Assembly (NCBI RefSeq): GCF_963853765.1
Contig: NC_088859.1
Location: 4,960,001 to 5,024,000 of the forward strand
DNA: 64,000 bases
Origin: Magallana gigas
Lineage: Eukaryota
Reading direction: 5' to 3'
Shown piece by piece: positions 13,501 to 30,800 of the stretch. Below the pieces are notes generated by a model, which saw only the letters and a list, made by a program, of their open reading frames with translations, did not search any database and was not told the origin of the DNA. How positions within the stretch are numbered: position 1 is the first letter of the stretch; each line of letters starts with the position of its first letter. The position numbers were made by a program, and so were the translations under genes.

Positions 13501-15336
13501 AGTGTGTCTTACTCATCCTATATAAAGCATGATGTATGTCTGTAGTTTAATAGCCCAATATTTCTTTCAACATAGGAAGACTAAATGAAGTGTAAACTGT
13601 GTAAGAGGGATGGGCCTAATCGGTAGCAAGTCGTTTCGGCCTTTTCTACGCTCGGCCCTAAATATGTTCGGCCCTAGCGAGATTCGGCCCTAGCAAGATT
13701 CGGCCTTAGATACTTAGTCGTTTCGGCCTGACTTATTAATTACTGTTGTTTTAATAAATGTTTTTGTCACAGTAATTTCTGTGTTGATGTTTTTGGAAAT
13801 GGTGTGTGTCCCCTATCTTCGACATCAAAGTTTCCGTCAATTAAGATAATTAATCGACCATTTACCAAAGGGTACAAATTTAATGATGAGATTATAATAA
13901 GGCAGATCAGAGTCAACAGAGTTCGAAAATATAAAGGATGAATTTCGGAGATAGTAATTTCAACACCCCCTCCATTTTCCTACAATGTAGTTTCGAATAC
14001 GTTTTCTAGTATCGAATCAAGCGCCCTCTATCACTTCTGACCGAAAATTTTGGGGCGGATTAATTTCAAAATTGCACTAGAGGTACATGTCAATAGACTT
14101 ATTAATGAAGAAGGAAAAATAAGTGTGGAAATATGTAATTTAAACAAATAATATGATCGTTATTTTTATCGTACCGTTTTCCCGTCAAATTGAAACTGGA
14201 CTTGAACAGTTTTCATTTTGCGTTACTTTATGAAATTGAATTTTCATGAAAACACTTTATAATAGTAATTAATGATAAGTAGTTGCCATTTGCCTTTGTT
14301 TTTCCCGTATATCTATCAATATATCCAGCCAAATAATACTTCTGTCGCAATGAACCGATACTAGGAAAACTACACGTGGTTCTGTCTGAAGTCGTAATTT
14401 CATTCAAATCTCAATTATTTTTTGATATGATGCATAATATCATTAAATGGATTACAATTACTAATTATCCACTAAAAAGGGTTCAATAACAAACTTATTC
14501 TCATAGTTAGGTTTAATTGTTTTCACACTTTCGTTTTTTCTGGCTTGCACTTCCGGCAGTTCATATCTGGGTCACCTTTTTAATTTGTAAATAATACGGT
14601 AAATAATCATGCAAATGTCAAACAACTCCACACACCGATAGAATATTTATTTCTGTATTATAATTAAATAGCTTGGATTATTTTAAATTTTGGCGTCAGT
14701 GTCATAATTCAAATAAAAAAGTTTTTGATTGACTTAATTCTCATTTGATTATTTACCTGGGTTTAGAGAGTTGTCTACATCATAATTATTTAACCTACTA
14801 TAATTTTTTATTTATGAAAATTCCGAAAATAGGCTAAGAATGTCTAAGAATAATAAATAAATATTCAAACACTAAATAGAGTTCGAAAAATTGGCTAAGA
14901 ATGTCTAAGAGTATTTCAGCGACTTATCAATACACTCTAAATACAAATAAGAATGTCTAAGAGTAATAAGTATTCAAACACTTTTAATACACAAATAATT
15001 AAACTCAGGCCGAAACGACTAAGGGTCAAACTACTTGGGGCCGAACCTACTAGGGTCCGAATTTATCAAGGACCGAACGAGGGAAAGGCCGAAACGACTA
15101 GAAATCGCCTAATCCGGTCTATGCAGCTGCCTCATCCTTACTATTTTTTCAGGGCAGTTGACACGGGGTAACGTGACGTCATCCTGACTGGAATCCCGAG
15201 ATTTTACGTCTTCGTTGGCACTCTCCTCACTTCTTGCTCCAGGCTCCACGTCAATGATATCATACTCGTGTATAACACTGGAAACAAGTCGGGAATAATT
15301 CTCTTGATCGCTTCCACTTTCATTTTCGGCCTCCAT
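7536..15336 (-). CDS. BABAM1: BRISC and BRCA1-A complex member 1 (MERIT40/NBA1), 7 coding exons, ~291 aa
   Basis: Exons 15336-15142 (...PRVNCPEKI), 12943-12885 (IICLDMSSEM), 9552-9432 (...HQFALVHLFDKASW), 8689-8583, 8284-8161 (PPPYIVRMLFIYGRS), 7997-7911 (PYFFFDAMYVH) and 7718-7536 (MAKLLAHPLQRP). All introns are GT-AG with consistent phases. Confidence 0.95.
9810..12363. mobile_element. ~2.55-kb non-autonomous TIR element (EnSpm/CMC-like) with subterminal TTGC(G/C)GCAAA arrays
   Basis: 13-bp TIR CCCTTACCAAAAT ... ATTTTGGTAAGGG with a 2-bp AT direct repeat on both flanks. Both subterminal regions are rich in TTGCGGCAA/TTGCCGCAA. Lies in BABAM1 intron 2. The superfamily call is inferred from the CCC end and 2-bp TSD. 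Confidence 0.7.
12028..12300. repeat. 59-bp tandem repeat (~4 copies) in the right subterminal region of the 9810-12363 element
   Basis: The unit GAAGCTAATTTGCATACGAATTCTGAACTTGCCGCAA(A/C)TTTG...CAAACAGTTTGCCA recurs with period 59. Confidence 0.9.
13126..13343. mobile_element. TA-flanked MITE (TACTGTAAA-type)
   Basis: TACTGT(CAC)TAAACCAACTTTTATT at the left and AATAAAAGTTGATTTACAGTA at the right. Confidence 0.6.
13622..15106. mobile_element. ~1.49-kb non-autonomous DNA element with 8-bp TSD and subterminal (T)TCGGCC repeats
   Basis: Direct repeat GCCTAATC at 13614-13621 and 15107-15114. Inverted AGTCGTTTCGGCC / GGCCGAAACGACT sit 7 bp inside each end. Multiple TTCGGCCCTAG / GGCCGAA subrepeats. 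No ORF remnant recognised. Confidence 0.8.
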
Positions 15337-15562
15337 TTTTATAGTCTCAAAGCAAAGGTTACAAATAATGAATTAATATTTAATTTCCGTGTTGAATATT
15401 TCACAATACATTATAAAAATCTTATTGAATATAATCGAAACCACTGAGAATAATTAGAACTATTTGCGAGGATCTTGATAAAAAAAAAATACTGATACCG
15501 TCCTTGGTTTAGAGACTACATTTCCATCAAGCAAGAAAACTAAACACATCAAATAAAATAAG
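15337..15562. promoter_or_regulatory. Putative bidirectional promoter between BABAM1 and TMEM259
   Basis: The BABAM1 ATG is at 15336 (minus strand). A plus-strand donor AATAAG|GTAAGA at ~15562 fits a non-coding first exon of TMEM259. TSSs are inferred. Confidence 0.55.
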
Positions 15563-16482
15563 GTAAGAATACGCTATGTTTATCCATTGTTTTCTGATAT
15601 TCATATTCTTTCTTTTACTCGGCCAAACCAAAGTCTAAGGTTTGTGATCTGAATATACCAGATGGAATGTAAGTAGGCCGAGAGAAAGCGGAATAAATCG
15701 TCCTTTACTGAGACCTGCTGGTGACATAACCCTGATGTCAGCAGCCAAAGGTGACAACAAGCACGGAGGCTGAACGACTGATCGCTGATGTGTGGATATA
15801 GGCATCTCATCGGCACGCCGTTTTATTCTCCCTCTGCGAAACATACTTTGTGTTCCTGTATGTAATGAAAAAATACTCATGGACTCTTAGCTTGGCACAG
15901 GGAATGGTTGTAATGGATTTAAATGATAGTCTTGCAATTACTAGTAATCAATTTGTATATTTCTTGAGGAAAATGTACGATGGACCAGAGAGCTACAGTT
16001 CTAATTATACAGAATCTACAAAACTCTTCTAATTATTTGGCTCAACAAATAAGTATAATGTTGTTATGTCAATCAGTTTTAATATGCACATTCATGTTCT
16101 ATCTAACTTAACTAGCTGAATCCAGGGATGTCTCTAAAAATTGAAGTAGAAGGAGGAAATGGAAAAGTAGAAGGGGGGTCTGGGGGTCTTGTTATAGCTA
16201 CATTGTGTTTGAAATGCAAAAATAGCCGGGTAATTAAGGCATTATAGGCGGGGGAATTCCCCGCCTCCCGGGTCTTAGAGACAACCATGTGAATCTGACA
16301 ATCTTGAACTGTGTTCGAATTGCAGCAATAGTTGATGTTGTAAGTAAATTTTTGAAACCTCACATTTTAGCCAGAATTGACAAATGGTGAACAAAGAATG
16401 AATGCATCTTTAGTAGGCAATGGACAATTATACAAGTTTTTGAATATTAACATGGGGGGCCGTCATGAATGAAGGAGCCATA

Positions 16483-16580
16483 TAGTTCAGTTTGTAGAGC
16501 ACCTTACTAGAAATTCAGGGGGCTTGGGCTGAAATCCCAGTCTAGTCCTGATCATCATTATTTCTTTCATCCCATTACAT
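16483..16580 (+). repeat. Degenerate tRNA-derived SINE-like element
   Basis: TAGTTCAGTTTGTAGAGCACCTTACTAGAAATTCAGGGGGCTTGGGCTGAAATCCC has decayed A and B boxes. A related fragment GAGCACCTGACTAGAGATTCAG is at ~16725-16746. Confidence 0.5.
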
Positions 16581-16932
16581 TCAAAACTGGAAGGTTAACT
16601 CCTGCCATGGGAAAGAACCAAGGAGGTTGATCTTCCAAAGGTGAAGAACTGAGAAGATCACTTAAAGTGGACAATTGTTACTATCAGACCTGTTAAATCA
16701 TTAATGCCAGATAGCAGCGCAGTTGAGCACCTGACTAGAGATTCAGTGGACTCAAATCTCTAAATGCCTTATATTTTTAAGCTATTGAATAGTATAAATT
16801 TTGTGTATTAGTATATGGGTAGTTTAATCATTGAAGTAGAGGAACCTGCTTAGGGACAGTCCAACTCTTACCTCCACATGTTCTCTGACTGACTTATATG
16901 CCCTGTTATAACTTCTTTACAGAGTTTCAGCA

Positions 16933-22114
<5,182 letters not shown>

Positions 22115-22542
22115 CGGGGGCCACACACCCCTCTGTGACCCACAGTGCAATGATGTGTATATTCTGTAATACCCAGATCTTTCGCTTTTACCCGATTACT
22201 GTCTGTTGTGAGCTGTAGTGCCTGTGTGCTGAATTTATTCTGTGATAAGAGTAAATATATATACATGAATTGTACCGACTTTGACAATTGTACACGTGTA
22301 ACTGTTGGTAAGTTTGTCCTTTAATTGTATGGACACATTATTTGTCAGAGTGTGTGTGGGTCGGGATGAAAGAGAAGGAAAGAGCTAAACAAAGTGATTG
22401 AAATAAAACATGCTAATCCAACCATTTTTGCTTTCATAATAAGTTAGCTATGGCTTTGACAGCTCTCAGTAGAGCAATATTAAAGCAGGAGTTGCCTCCC
22501 ATCAATGGCCATATCATGTCTCAAACTGCCTAGATTCCTTTA

Positions 22543-23811
22543 TTTTTATACCCCCGCTCCGAAGGAGAGGGGGTATACTGTTTTACCCTTGTGTGTCTGT
22601 CTGTCCGTCCGTCCGTCCGTCCGTCTGTCTGTCTGTCTGTCTGTCCGTCCGTAACAAAAATTTCTGTCGCATTTATCTCAGCAACTATTTATCGCAGATG
22701 CTTGAAATTTTAACACAGTGTTTGTTAAGGCATGCCATATCGTGGGATATATTTTTGTACCAATCAGACGTCAACTTCCTGTTAAATGACGACTTTGCTT
22801 ATTTTTTAACCAAAATTTTCTAACAAATTTTCGTCAAAGATTTCTCAGCAACTGTTTATCGCAGATGCTTGAAATTTTAACACACTATTTGTATAGGCAT
22901 GCCATATCGTGGGATATATTTTTGTACCAATCAGACGTCAACTTCCTGTTAAATGACGACTTTGTTTATTTTTAGCCAAAATTTTCAAACAAATTTTCGT
23001 CAAAGATTTCTCAGCAGCTATTTATCGCAGATGCTTGAAATTTTAATACACTATTTGTTTTGGAATGCCATATGGTGGGATGTATTTTTGTACCAATCAG
23101 ACGTCAACTTCCTGTTAAATGACGACTTTGTTTATTTTTTGCCAAAATTTTAAAACAAATTTCCGTCAAAGAATTCTCAGCAACAATTTATCGCAGATGC
23201 TTGAAATTTTAACACACTATTTGTTTAGGCATGCCATATTGTGGGATATATTTTTGTATCAATCAGACGTCAACTTCCTGTTAAATGACGACTTTACTTA
23301 TTTTTTAACCAAAATTTTCTAACAAATTTTCGTCAAAGATTTCTCAGCAACTATTTATCGCAGATGCTTGAAATTTTTACACAATATTTGTATAGGCATG
23401 CCATATTGTGGGATATATTTCTGTACCAATCGGGTGTCAACTTCCTGTTAAATGACGACTTTGTTTATTTTTAGCCAAAATTTTCAAACAAATTTTCGTC
23501 AAAGATTTCTCAGCAGCTATTTATCGCAGATGCTTGAAATTTTAACACACTATTTGTTTTGGCATGCCATATTGCGGGATATATTTTTGTATCAATCGGA
23601 CGTCAACTTCCTGTTAAATAATTACTTTGTTTAATTTTTTGCCAAAATTTTCAAACAAATTTTCGTCAAAGATTTCTCAGCAACTATTTATCGGAGATGC
23701 TTGAAATTTTTACACAGTGTTTGTTAAGGCATGCCATATCATGGGATATATTTCTGTACCAATCGGACGTCATCTTCCTGTTAAATGAGTACTTTGTTTA
23801 TTTTAGCCAAA
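22543..23811. mobile_element. Helentron-associated non-autonomous element (HINE-like) carrying a satellite array, 3'-truncated
   Basis: Starts TTTTTATACCCCCGCTCCGAAGGAGAGGGGGTATA (palindromic head), followed by a (GTCY)n microsatellite at ~22594-22651 and then central tandem repeats. This layout is described for oyster HINE/pearl-like elements. Confidence 0.75.
22652..23811. repeat. ~166-167-bp satellite array, ~7 monomers, resembling oyster Cg170/HindIII satDNA
   Basis: GCAGATGCTTGAAATTTT recurs at roughly 22696, 22861, 23026, 23194, 23360, 23527 and 23694. The monomer contains GGCATGCCATAT and GACGTCAACTTCCTGTTAAATGA. Family name is from memory. Confidence 0.85.
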
Positions 23812-23813
23812 TA

Positions 23814-23863
23814 GTCGTCCGTCCGATTTTTTTTTCAGACCGGGAGCTACAGACCTGCAGCTA
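23814..23863. mobile_element. Solo TIR of the MULE-like MITE family seen at 511-1015
   Basis: GTCGTCCGTCCGATTTTTTTTTCAGACCGGGAGCTACAGACCTGCAGCTA is nearly identical to 970-1015. Confidence 0.85.
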
Positions 23864-24811
23864 GTTTTCCGTCAATAGTGTTACACAAATTGAAGACAAA
23901 ACAACATAGGATTCATTAGTTTATTCTTGTCCTCAACGGTAAACGTTTTACTTCCAATGGAAAAAAATATATAACACAAATATATTAATTCATCATATCT
24001 GGGTTACATAAATACATAAACAGCAAAGAAGTTAACTAAATGGGAGCAAAAGAGTAATAATATCAAAAATGTGTATGTAGAATCAGGCACTTGTATAAAG
24101 TCTGAGGCAGCGGCTGATAGAGTTCACGGGAGCACTATACCGGTCGGTAGATGGCTGAAGCACTCACAGAAAACGTCACAGAAACAAGTACATTTCAAGA
24201 AATCAATGATTACAGACACAAAGGTATACACCATGTTAAATGAGTTGAACGAAAGTCGGCTACAAAAACAGGCAGAAATGAACATCACCATAATGTAACC
24301 AAAAAAAAGATATAACATCACCTTATAAATGTGTACAATGTCTGTAAACGGCTACACAGATATTGATATCACGTGGTAGATTAATATCACATGGATCGGG
24401 TATAATATCGTCGATATAAACCATATCAAATAGTTTGATACGCTGTACAGCACATGATATCGGTAACAGGCTACACCGGTCATACCCCCCCCCCCCCCCC
24501 TCCGCCCTTCACCCCTACCCCAACCTGCCATTGCTTTAGAATTCATGTTTAAAGGAATTGCATGCACTTGAAAAAGGGAAACCGACAATAAATGCGTATA
24601 ATATTTCGATGGTCATAAAATTGGAATATCTTCATTGGTCTGAACACTGTATTGTCAATTCACCAGAGGCCGGATAGGGCAGAGTTACCTCCCGTCTACC
24701 GACTTGGTCCCGCTGTTGATTGTGTAGTAAGAATGATTGACAGCCCTTTAACAAAGTGACCATCCCAATCATCCACATGAAAGAACGGATATTCTGGATA
24801 ACATTTTTCCG

Positions 24812-27800
24812 TTACTTTTTCTCACTTTTCTTGAAGAACCCCTTTTTAAATATGGACGAACTCCTGCGTTCTTCTTTTTGCGGGGTGCTGCCATTTGTTT
24901 CGCCGGATTTCTTGTACACAATAAGATAGTTGTAAATGTTTGGCATCTCATCGTCTTCCTTCTTTCGCCCGAACAAACTCAGCATGTAATTTCCAGTCTG
25001 TGGAAGATCCACGTGGTATTTAATCGTCCCGCCTTTCTCAGGCACCATAGCAACGCGATCTTTGACGTCAGCATCCGGCTCCTTGAGGAACTGATGAGTC
25101 ACGACAACATCCTCGGGCACGAGGATTTCTACAGTACACGTGTTGGAATCGTTCAGTGTAATCTTTGGTTCTTTAGGATTGATGGTTTTGATGCCCAGAG
25201 ATTCGAAAGTCGGCTGTGGGCCCCACTTTTCTTTCTTAATAGAGGTCTGTTTCTCTGGAATTTTCGGAATATCGACCGGATTGGTGACTTTCAGGCAGTT
25301 GATGAGATACTTCATGGCGTGAGATAAGGTGGTGTTCTCTCCTGCTTCTTTCGGGCGGCCGTAGATATCGAGTCCGTACTGCCCCGTCTGAGGGAGAGTC
25401 GCCGTGATGTGGATAGTGTCCTTATCTACATTTGTATTGATGAAGGCGTCCAGCGTTTTGGTTTCCACATTGTTCATTTTGAGTTTTGCTACCACTTGTA
25501 AGGGACGTGGCATCTTTAACTTTATATCCAGAGTGTCCTCCACGTTCAGAATTCCCGCCTTGGGGTTGTCCGGTGGTTCATCTCCAGAGGAGCTTCCACT
25601 GTCCGACATTCTGTCCCCTTCCGAAGAGTCGGGCGATGCTCGGCTTTTGCTGGATTTCCCTGGTCGCGTTTGAACCACCTTCAATCCAAAGTGTCGGTAT
25701 CCCTTTTTAGGTCCCCATTCACCGGAAGCGCAGTCTGGGAGGGGATGCATTTTCCCACTAAGCGAATTACAAACAACCTTAAACTTACAAGTACACTTCA
25801 ATCTAAAAGGAGAAATTGATGCCCCGGCAGTCTCCTCAGAATTAATGAGTCTATTGCTTTCCTCAATCTTATTGGCAAAAACTTCAAAGAAATACTCTCC
25901 CACGGCTGGGACATGGATGCTGAACATCACGGTGTTGTCAATCATGGTCTGGAATACAAACCTCTCCAGACTGGCGCCTTTGTATGTGGCCTCTTGTCGC
26001 TTCTCCTTGTCTGCGTACCTCATCTGATAATAGAAAACCAGGTCATTTTCGTATTCTTCTGGAATTTTTATTTTCACTTCCGTTGCCCCTTTTTCAGTTG
26101 TAACAAGGACCGCGGGTAAACTCTTTTCAAACGTCATTCCATAGTGGAAGAAAATGGAGCGAACAAACGGCAAGGCCTCGAACTCTTCAAGCGTGATTGG
26201 GTTCTCCAGCAGCTGCCATTTTGGATCAGAGGCCCAGAATTCCTGGATGAACTCGTCCGGATCCGTCAGAAAATAGTGCTCGTCGTACTGATAGCGGATC
26301 TGGTCCTTGGACTTGGGCTTTGGTTTGTCTTTACTCTTCTTGTCTTTGTTCAGAACCAAGTGCCTGTGGAATAACACCGTTCTTATGAATTAGCAGGCAT
26401 TAAAAATACATTTCTCCTAGAAGCATAACCTCAAAATTAACTAAACAAGTTAATTCATACAAGTTTTTGCTTAATTTTAGACGTGAACCCCGTTATCCGT
26501 TTATGAAGGAGATTTGAAACCTACCTGGCTCCCCAGTTACACTGGACCAGCCGCCAGTCGCCGTCAATAAGCACGGCATTCCAAGTATTCTGGAAGTGCT
26601 CGGGCTTGATCTTCATCCCGGGCTCGTACCCGACACTCTTAGAATGACCTTTGATCTCTTCACAGTTCAGACCGGCGTAACTTTTGAAAGAAAAAATACA
26701 AGAAATCGTTATTCAAAAACAAATCACCGTAAACAACGTCTTTGCTCTTTTCTATCCACAATTCTTTTATTGTCGTATTTTGTTAATTAATGAAACTACA
26801 ACTTTTTTTGAAGATTGTATCTGTGTACGACGCATGTATACAGGGACTTACAAGCAACACAACTGTTTTAATTGTTTGATATTTACCTGCACAATCTCAT
26901 AAACAGCACGTGATAAGTTTCTGTTCCGTATTTAATTCCTCGAAGGAGACCCATTGGAGTGTCTGTTTCCATGGTTTCCTCGAATTCCATTACATTTAGA
27001 TCTTTCACCGTAATCCATCGGTAGATGGCCCTGAAAAATATTACCAATATATTATTTGGCCTTAATTACGGATGTACCGATTGAAGTCGGGGTTATATGC
27101 ATAGATATGGACCACAAAACAAGTCCTTTTGACTTTGCTATTCCAGTTAATTACTATTCCCATTTATTTTATACGAAATATACAATATATAACAATGTAA
27201 AGTGATCCTAACTCAGAAATATTAATTTAAATTTTCGTCACTATGTGTAGTATATTCAGGCAGCTTTAAACAACAATTGTAGAGACAGAGGTTTCCGCCA
27301 GAAGATTTTGGAAAATATCAATATTAAATATTTTTTCTATACAAAGTTTTTTTCACGAGAGATCCTGCTATCGATGCATTTTGAGATTTGACTGACTGCA
27401 GACAATTGTTATCTATCACGAGAAAGTATAGGTAATGTTTACAGAGTTCTAAATAGCCCCCGGTAACAGTTCATGACGATGCCTCACACCAGTACTTGTG
27501 AAGTACATCAGGTATTAAATGTAAACTCTGGAAATTCTTTAATGTGATCTTATTTCGGGTTATTAGCTCCATTGATTTCCCGACTATTTATCTCCTTTTA
27601 ATACAGTGTGATCTTGTTTGGAGTCAGTGAGTGTGGATGATGCTATCGTACCGGGCTTTTTCCAGATCAGTGACCAGATTCTCTGTCAGCTGTTGAACCA
27701 AATCTGTATAGGTAGGCTGTTCATTTTCAGCAACCTAAGGAAGGCATTAATCAAGAAATTAGTCAATCATGAAATATTAATGTTTTTCTTTTTTCCTGTC

Positions 27801-30800
27801 ATATTGTTACAAACCTCAAAATATGAAAATTTATGATTTTCGTGATATTTTTATTTTGGTGAGGATCAAATAGAACTGCTACAAGTTATTTCATCTGACA
27901 GAAAACACGAAAATATTTAGACACGGGGGAGATATACCTTGATTGTTTGTTCGTCGATATCATTGAACTGTGATGGGTCGACGTACAAGTCTTTCTTCCT
28001 GCACGAGGGTGGGTGAGGTGAGGGGATTTCTGTAGGCGCTACAGGGATGATTTCTAGGGCCTCCAATGCTTCCTCAATCTCTTCTGTGTCTCCGTTGGTT
28101 GTTCCCCCGTCAACCTGTTACACAAATTACAAATCGTATGTCAACAAAGAGGACAAGATTTGTCAAAACTACATAAAAAATATAGAACACGGTTTGATAG
28201 TAAACAATTAACTTTGAGAGGTCTAGACATTTATAAGCTATTACCAGCAACCAAATTCTTGGTAAATACAAGTACCAATTTCCAATGCCAAGCATCAAAT
28301 GGAATTACCGAGAGTTCCCCAATGTTAAGTTTTCTACCTCTCACAGCAATAAAATACTGAGAGTCCCTAGTGCATGGATAAGTAACTCACGTGGTCCGCC
28401 GCCAGCTCCTGCTTCAGTTCTTGCTTGAGTTCCTCCTGTTTCTGGGCCAGAACCTCCAACATCTCACGACTCTGCCGCGCCACCATAGTAGCCGTCTTCT
28501 TCTGCTCCTTCTCTTTCAGTCTCAGCGTCATCGATTCCTGCTTCTTTTTCTTCTTTTCTTGAATTATGACCTCTATCTCTTTCTTCTTGTTTTCAAAGTG
28601 TATGGTCATTTGCTAAAAAGAAATATTCCATAGAAATATAAATCTTACTTTGCTACAAAGCTGCTACTGAATTGATGATTGACAAACATATTTACGAAAT
28701 AAAACTTTATGTTTTACATCGTGCAGAAAGTACTTATATGAAATTTATCAGATACAATTGCAAATATTTACATGTATGCAAAAAAAACATGTTTGAAAAG
28801 AAGTTATTTATTTACGGTACCTTTTTCTCGTTGTCTTTCATCTTTTTCTTCTTTTGTCCAAATTCTTTGTCGAATTTCTCAGTGAGTTCCTTGAGTTTGA
28901 TTTCCCATTCCTGCTGTAGTTCCGCCGACAGACGGAGGGCTTCCTGCTTCCGTTCATTATGGAATTCGTCCAACAGTCGGTCCTCCTCCCTTTGGTATTC
29001 AGCCTCCAGGCGACGCTGTTCTTCAATCAATTTCTTCCGCTTTCTGTACTAAAAAAGATGATAAAAATCAATAAATACTAATATTACTATTCATTAGTAC
29101 AGCTTGTTATTGAAACACCATTATGATTCTTACGAATTATGAGAGCATCATTCTTTTTGCAACTATGTAGCCAATATCATGAATATGACTAATATGCTCT
29201 TGAGAAATGTCTCTATTCGGTGAAAAGTATTCACTTTGACGCTGTTGCTACACATTATTAATATTACACACTCACACATGCACCTATAATAGATTCAACT
29301 TTTTTGTCCCAAACCACATTGATAGCAAATGCGTACATGTACGTTAAACAAGGCTTGGTTATAATCGTTATACATATATTAGACTAATCATATTAGATGC
29401 ATTAGAACAATTTTGTGTACTAGTATACGTGGTGGTTGCATGGCAAAGAAAGCAACGAAAATGTTTCATTTTTACGCACGAGAATTTAAATTGAAAAAGG
29501 TTTGTTCTTAAAAACAGATACCTTACAGGTTGAATGCAAATCTTAATTAGTTTTATGTAAATGAGGCATTTCCCAGGAATTTGGCTAGTTTGAAACGGCC
29601 TCCAGATACGGTGGGAAACTATCGTTTGAAGTCGGCGACTGCATTTTACCCATATATAGCGATGCTTTCAACATTTCTATTTCACCGTCTGGCGGTTCAG
29701 TGTATACTGGGAAACCTCGCTAAGGGCAGTGGGGCAATACACCAAACTGGACTTCAATTACATTTTTCAGAAATAAAAAAAACCTCGCATATAAACATGC
29801 GATACAGGTAGTTTGGTTATACTTCTTCATAGGTCATCCATATATATATATATATTCTGGACAAAATAAAACTAGTACAACTCCAGGCTAAAACCTTTCG
29901 TGTCCTGGTGATTTCATAATTCTGTAATTCCTGCATTGTTGTGATGTTTTATCTTATTGTGTAATAACTGTATATATGGGTTATGTCAGGCTTGTTCGTG
30001 TTTGTCCATATCTTTGCTTTTCATAAAAACAGTTCAGTTTTACATTTACAGACATAGTAAACATTAATTCTTGCAGCCTTAATCCCGTGTATTCATCTTG
30101 TTTAACCGTAAACTCATAGCCTGTTGGGGCATTCAACTTTCAACATATTGTGTAAATATATTACATGCATGTAATAAATTGAAAACCTTAGGATATCAAG
30201 TATCCACAGTAGCGATATCTTGATATTAGAACCCAGAAATTCGAGCTCAGTCGCTCTGTAATTCTTTTTAAAGCAGAATCAAGTAAATAATAGTAGACCG
30301 ATTGGTTTATTGAACTCTCCTTATGCCCCCCCCCCCCCCCCCTTACGTGACGAAAACTACCGAAACCTAAAGTAAGGTTGGTCCGCGTTCACGCAAAATC
30401 TTAAAAATATGGTTATTTCCATATTCAATAAAAATCAATTGTCTATTATCATACGTTTATTGATTTTAATTTGTTTGGCCCTCGGTCCTTAAGGTTTCTG
30501 TTTCCTAGGTTTTCCATATTTTCCTGAACAAACCCCTGTAGTATGTCATCGTGCCGCGCAGACGACATCCGCCGTGTCGTTAATGTGTCGTCTGCTGGTC
30601 TTTTTTTTCGCCATGTCCGACATATTGTCCCCTCTGGAGATGCAGTGGACATGATTGCAATGACCATTATGCCTTATGAATAGGTGTGTAACTGTCAATG
30701 TCAAATAAAACCTTCAAAGGGAAACGTCTTTTACCTGTCATTTTAAACAATTTTGTTTGCTCTATTTAGTAAACAATTTTGTTAAGACCGAATTATGATA

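Noticed and set aside
15601-16363. Several 70-80-aa ORFs in membralin intron 1
   Set aside because: No homology recognised and no consistent splice structure.
22593-23634. Repeated 60-76-aa ORFs (MTTLFIFSQNFQ...)
   Set aside because: These are translations of the satellite monomers.
24878-26374. Plus-strand ORFs here and at 32517-33098 and 45919-46293
   Set aside because: They are antisense shadows of long hillarin and PIF1 exons.
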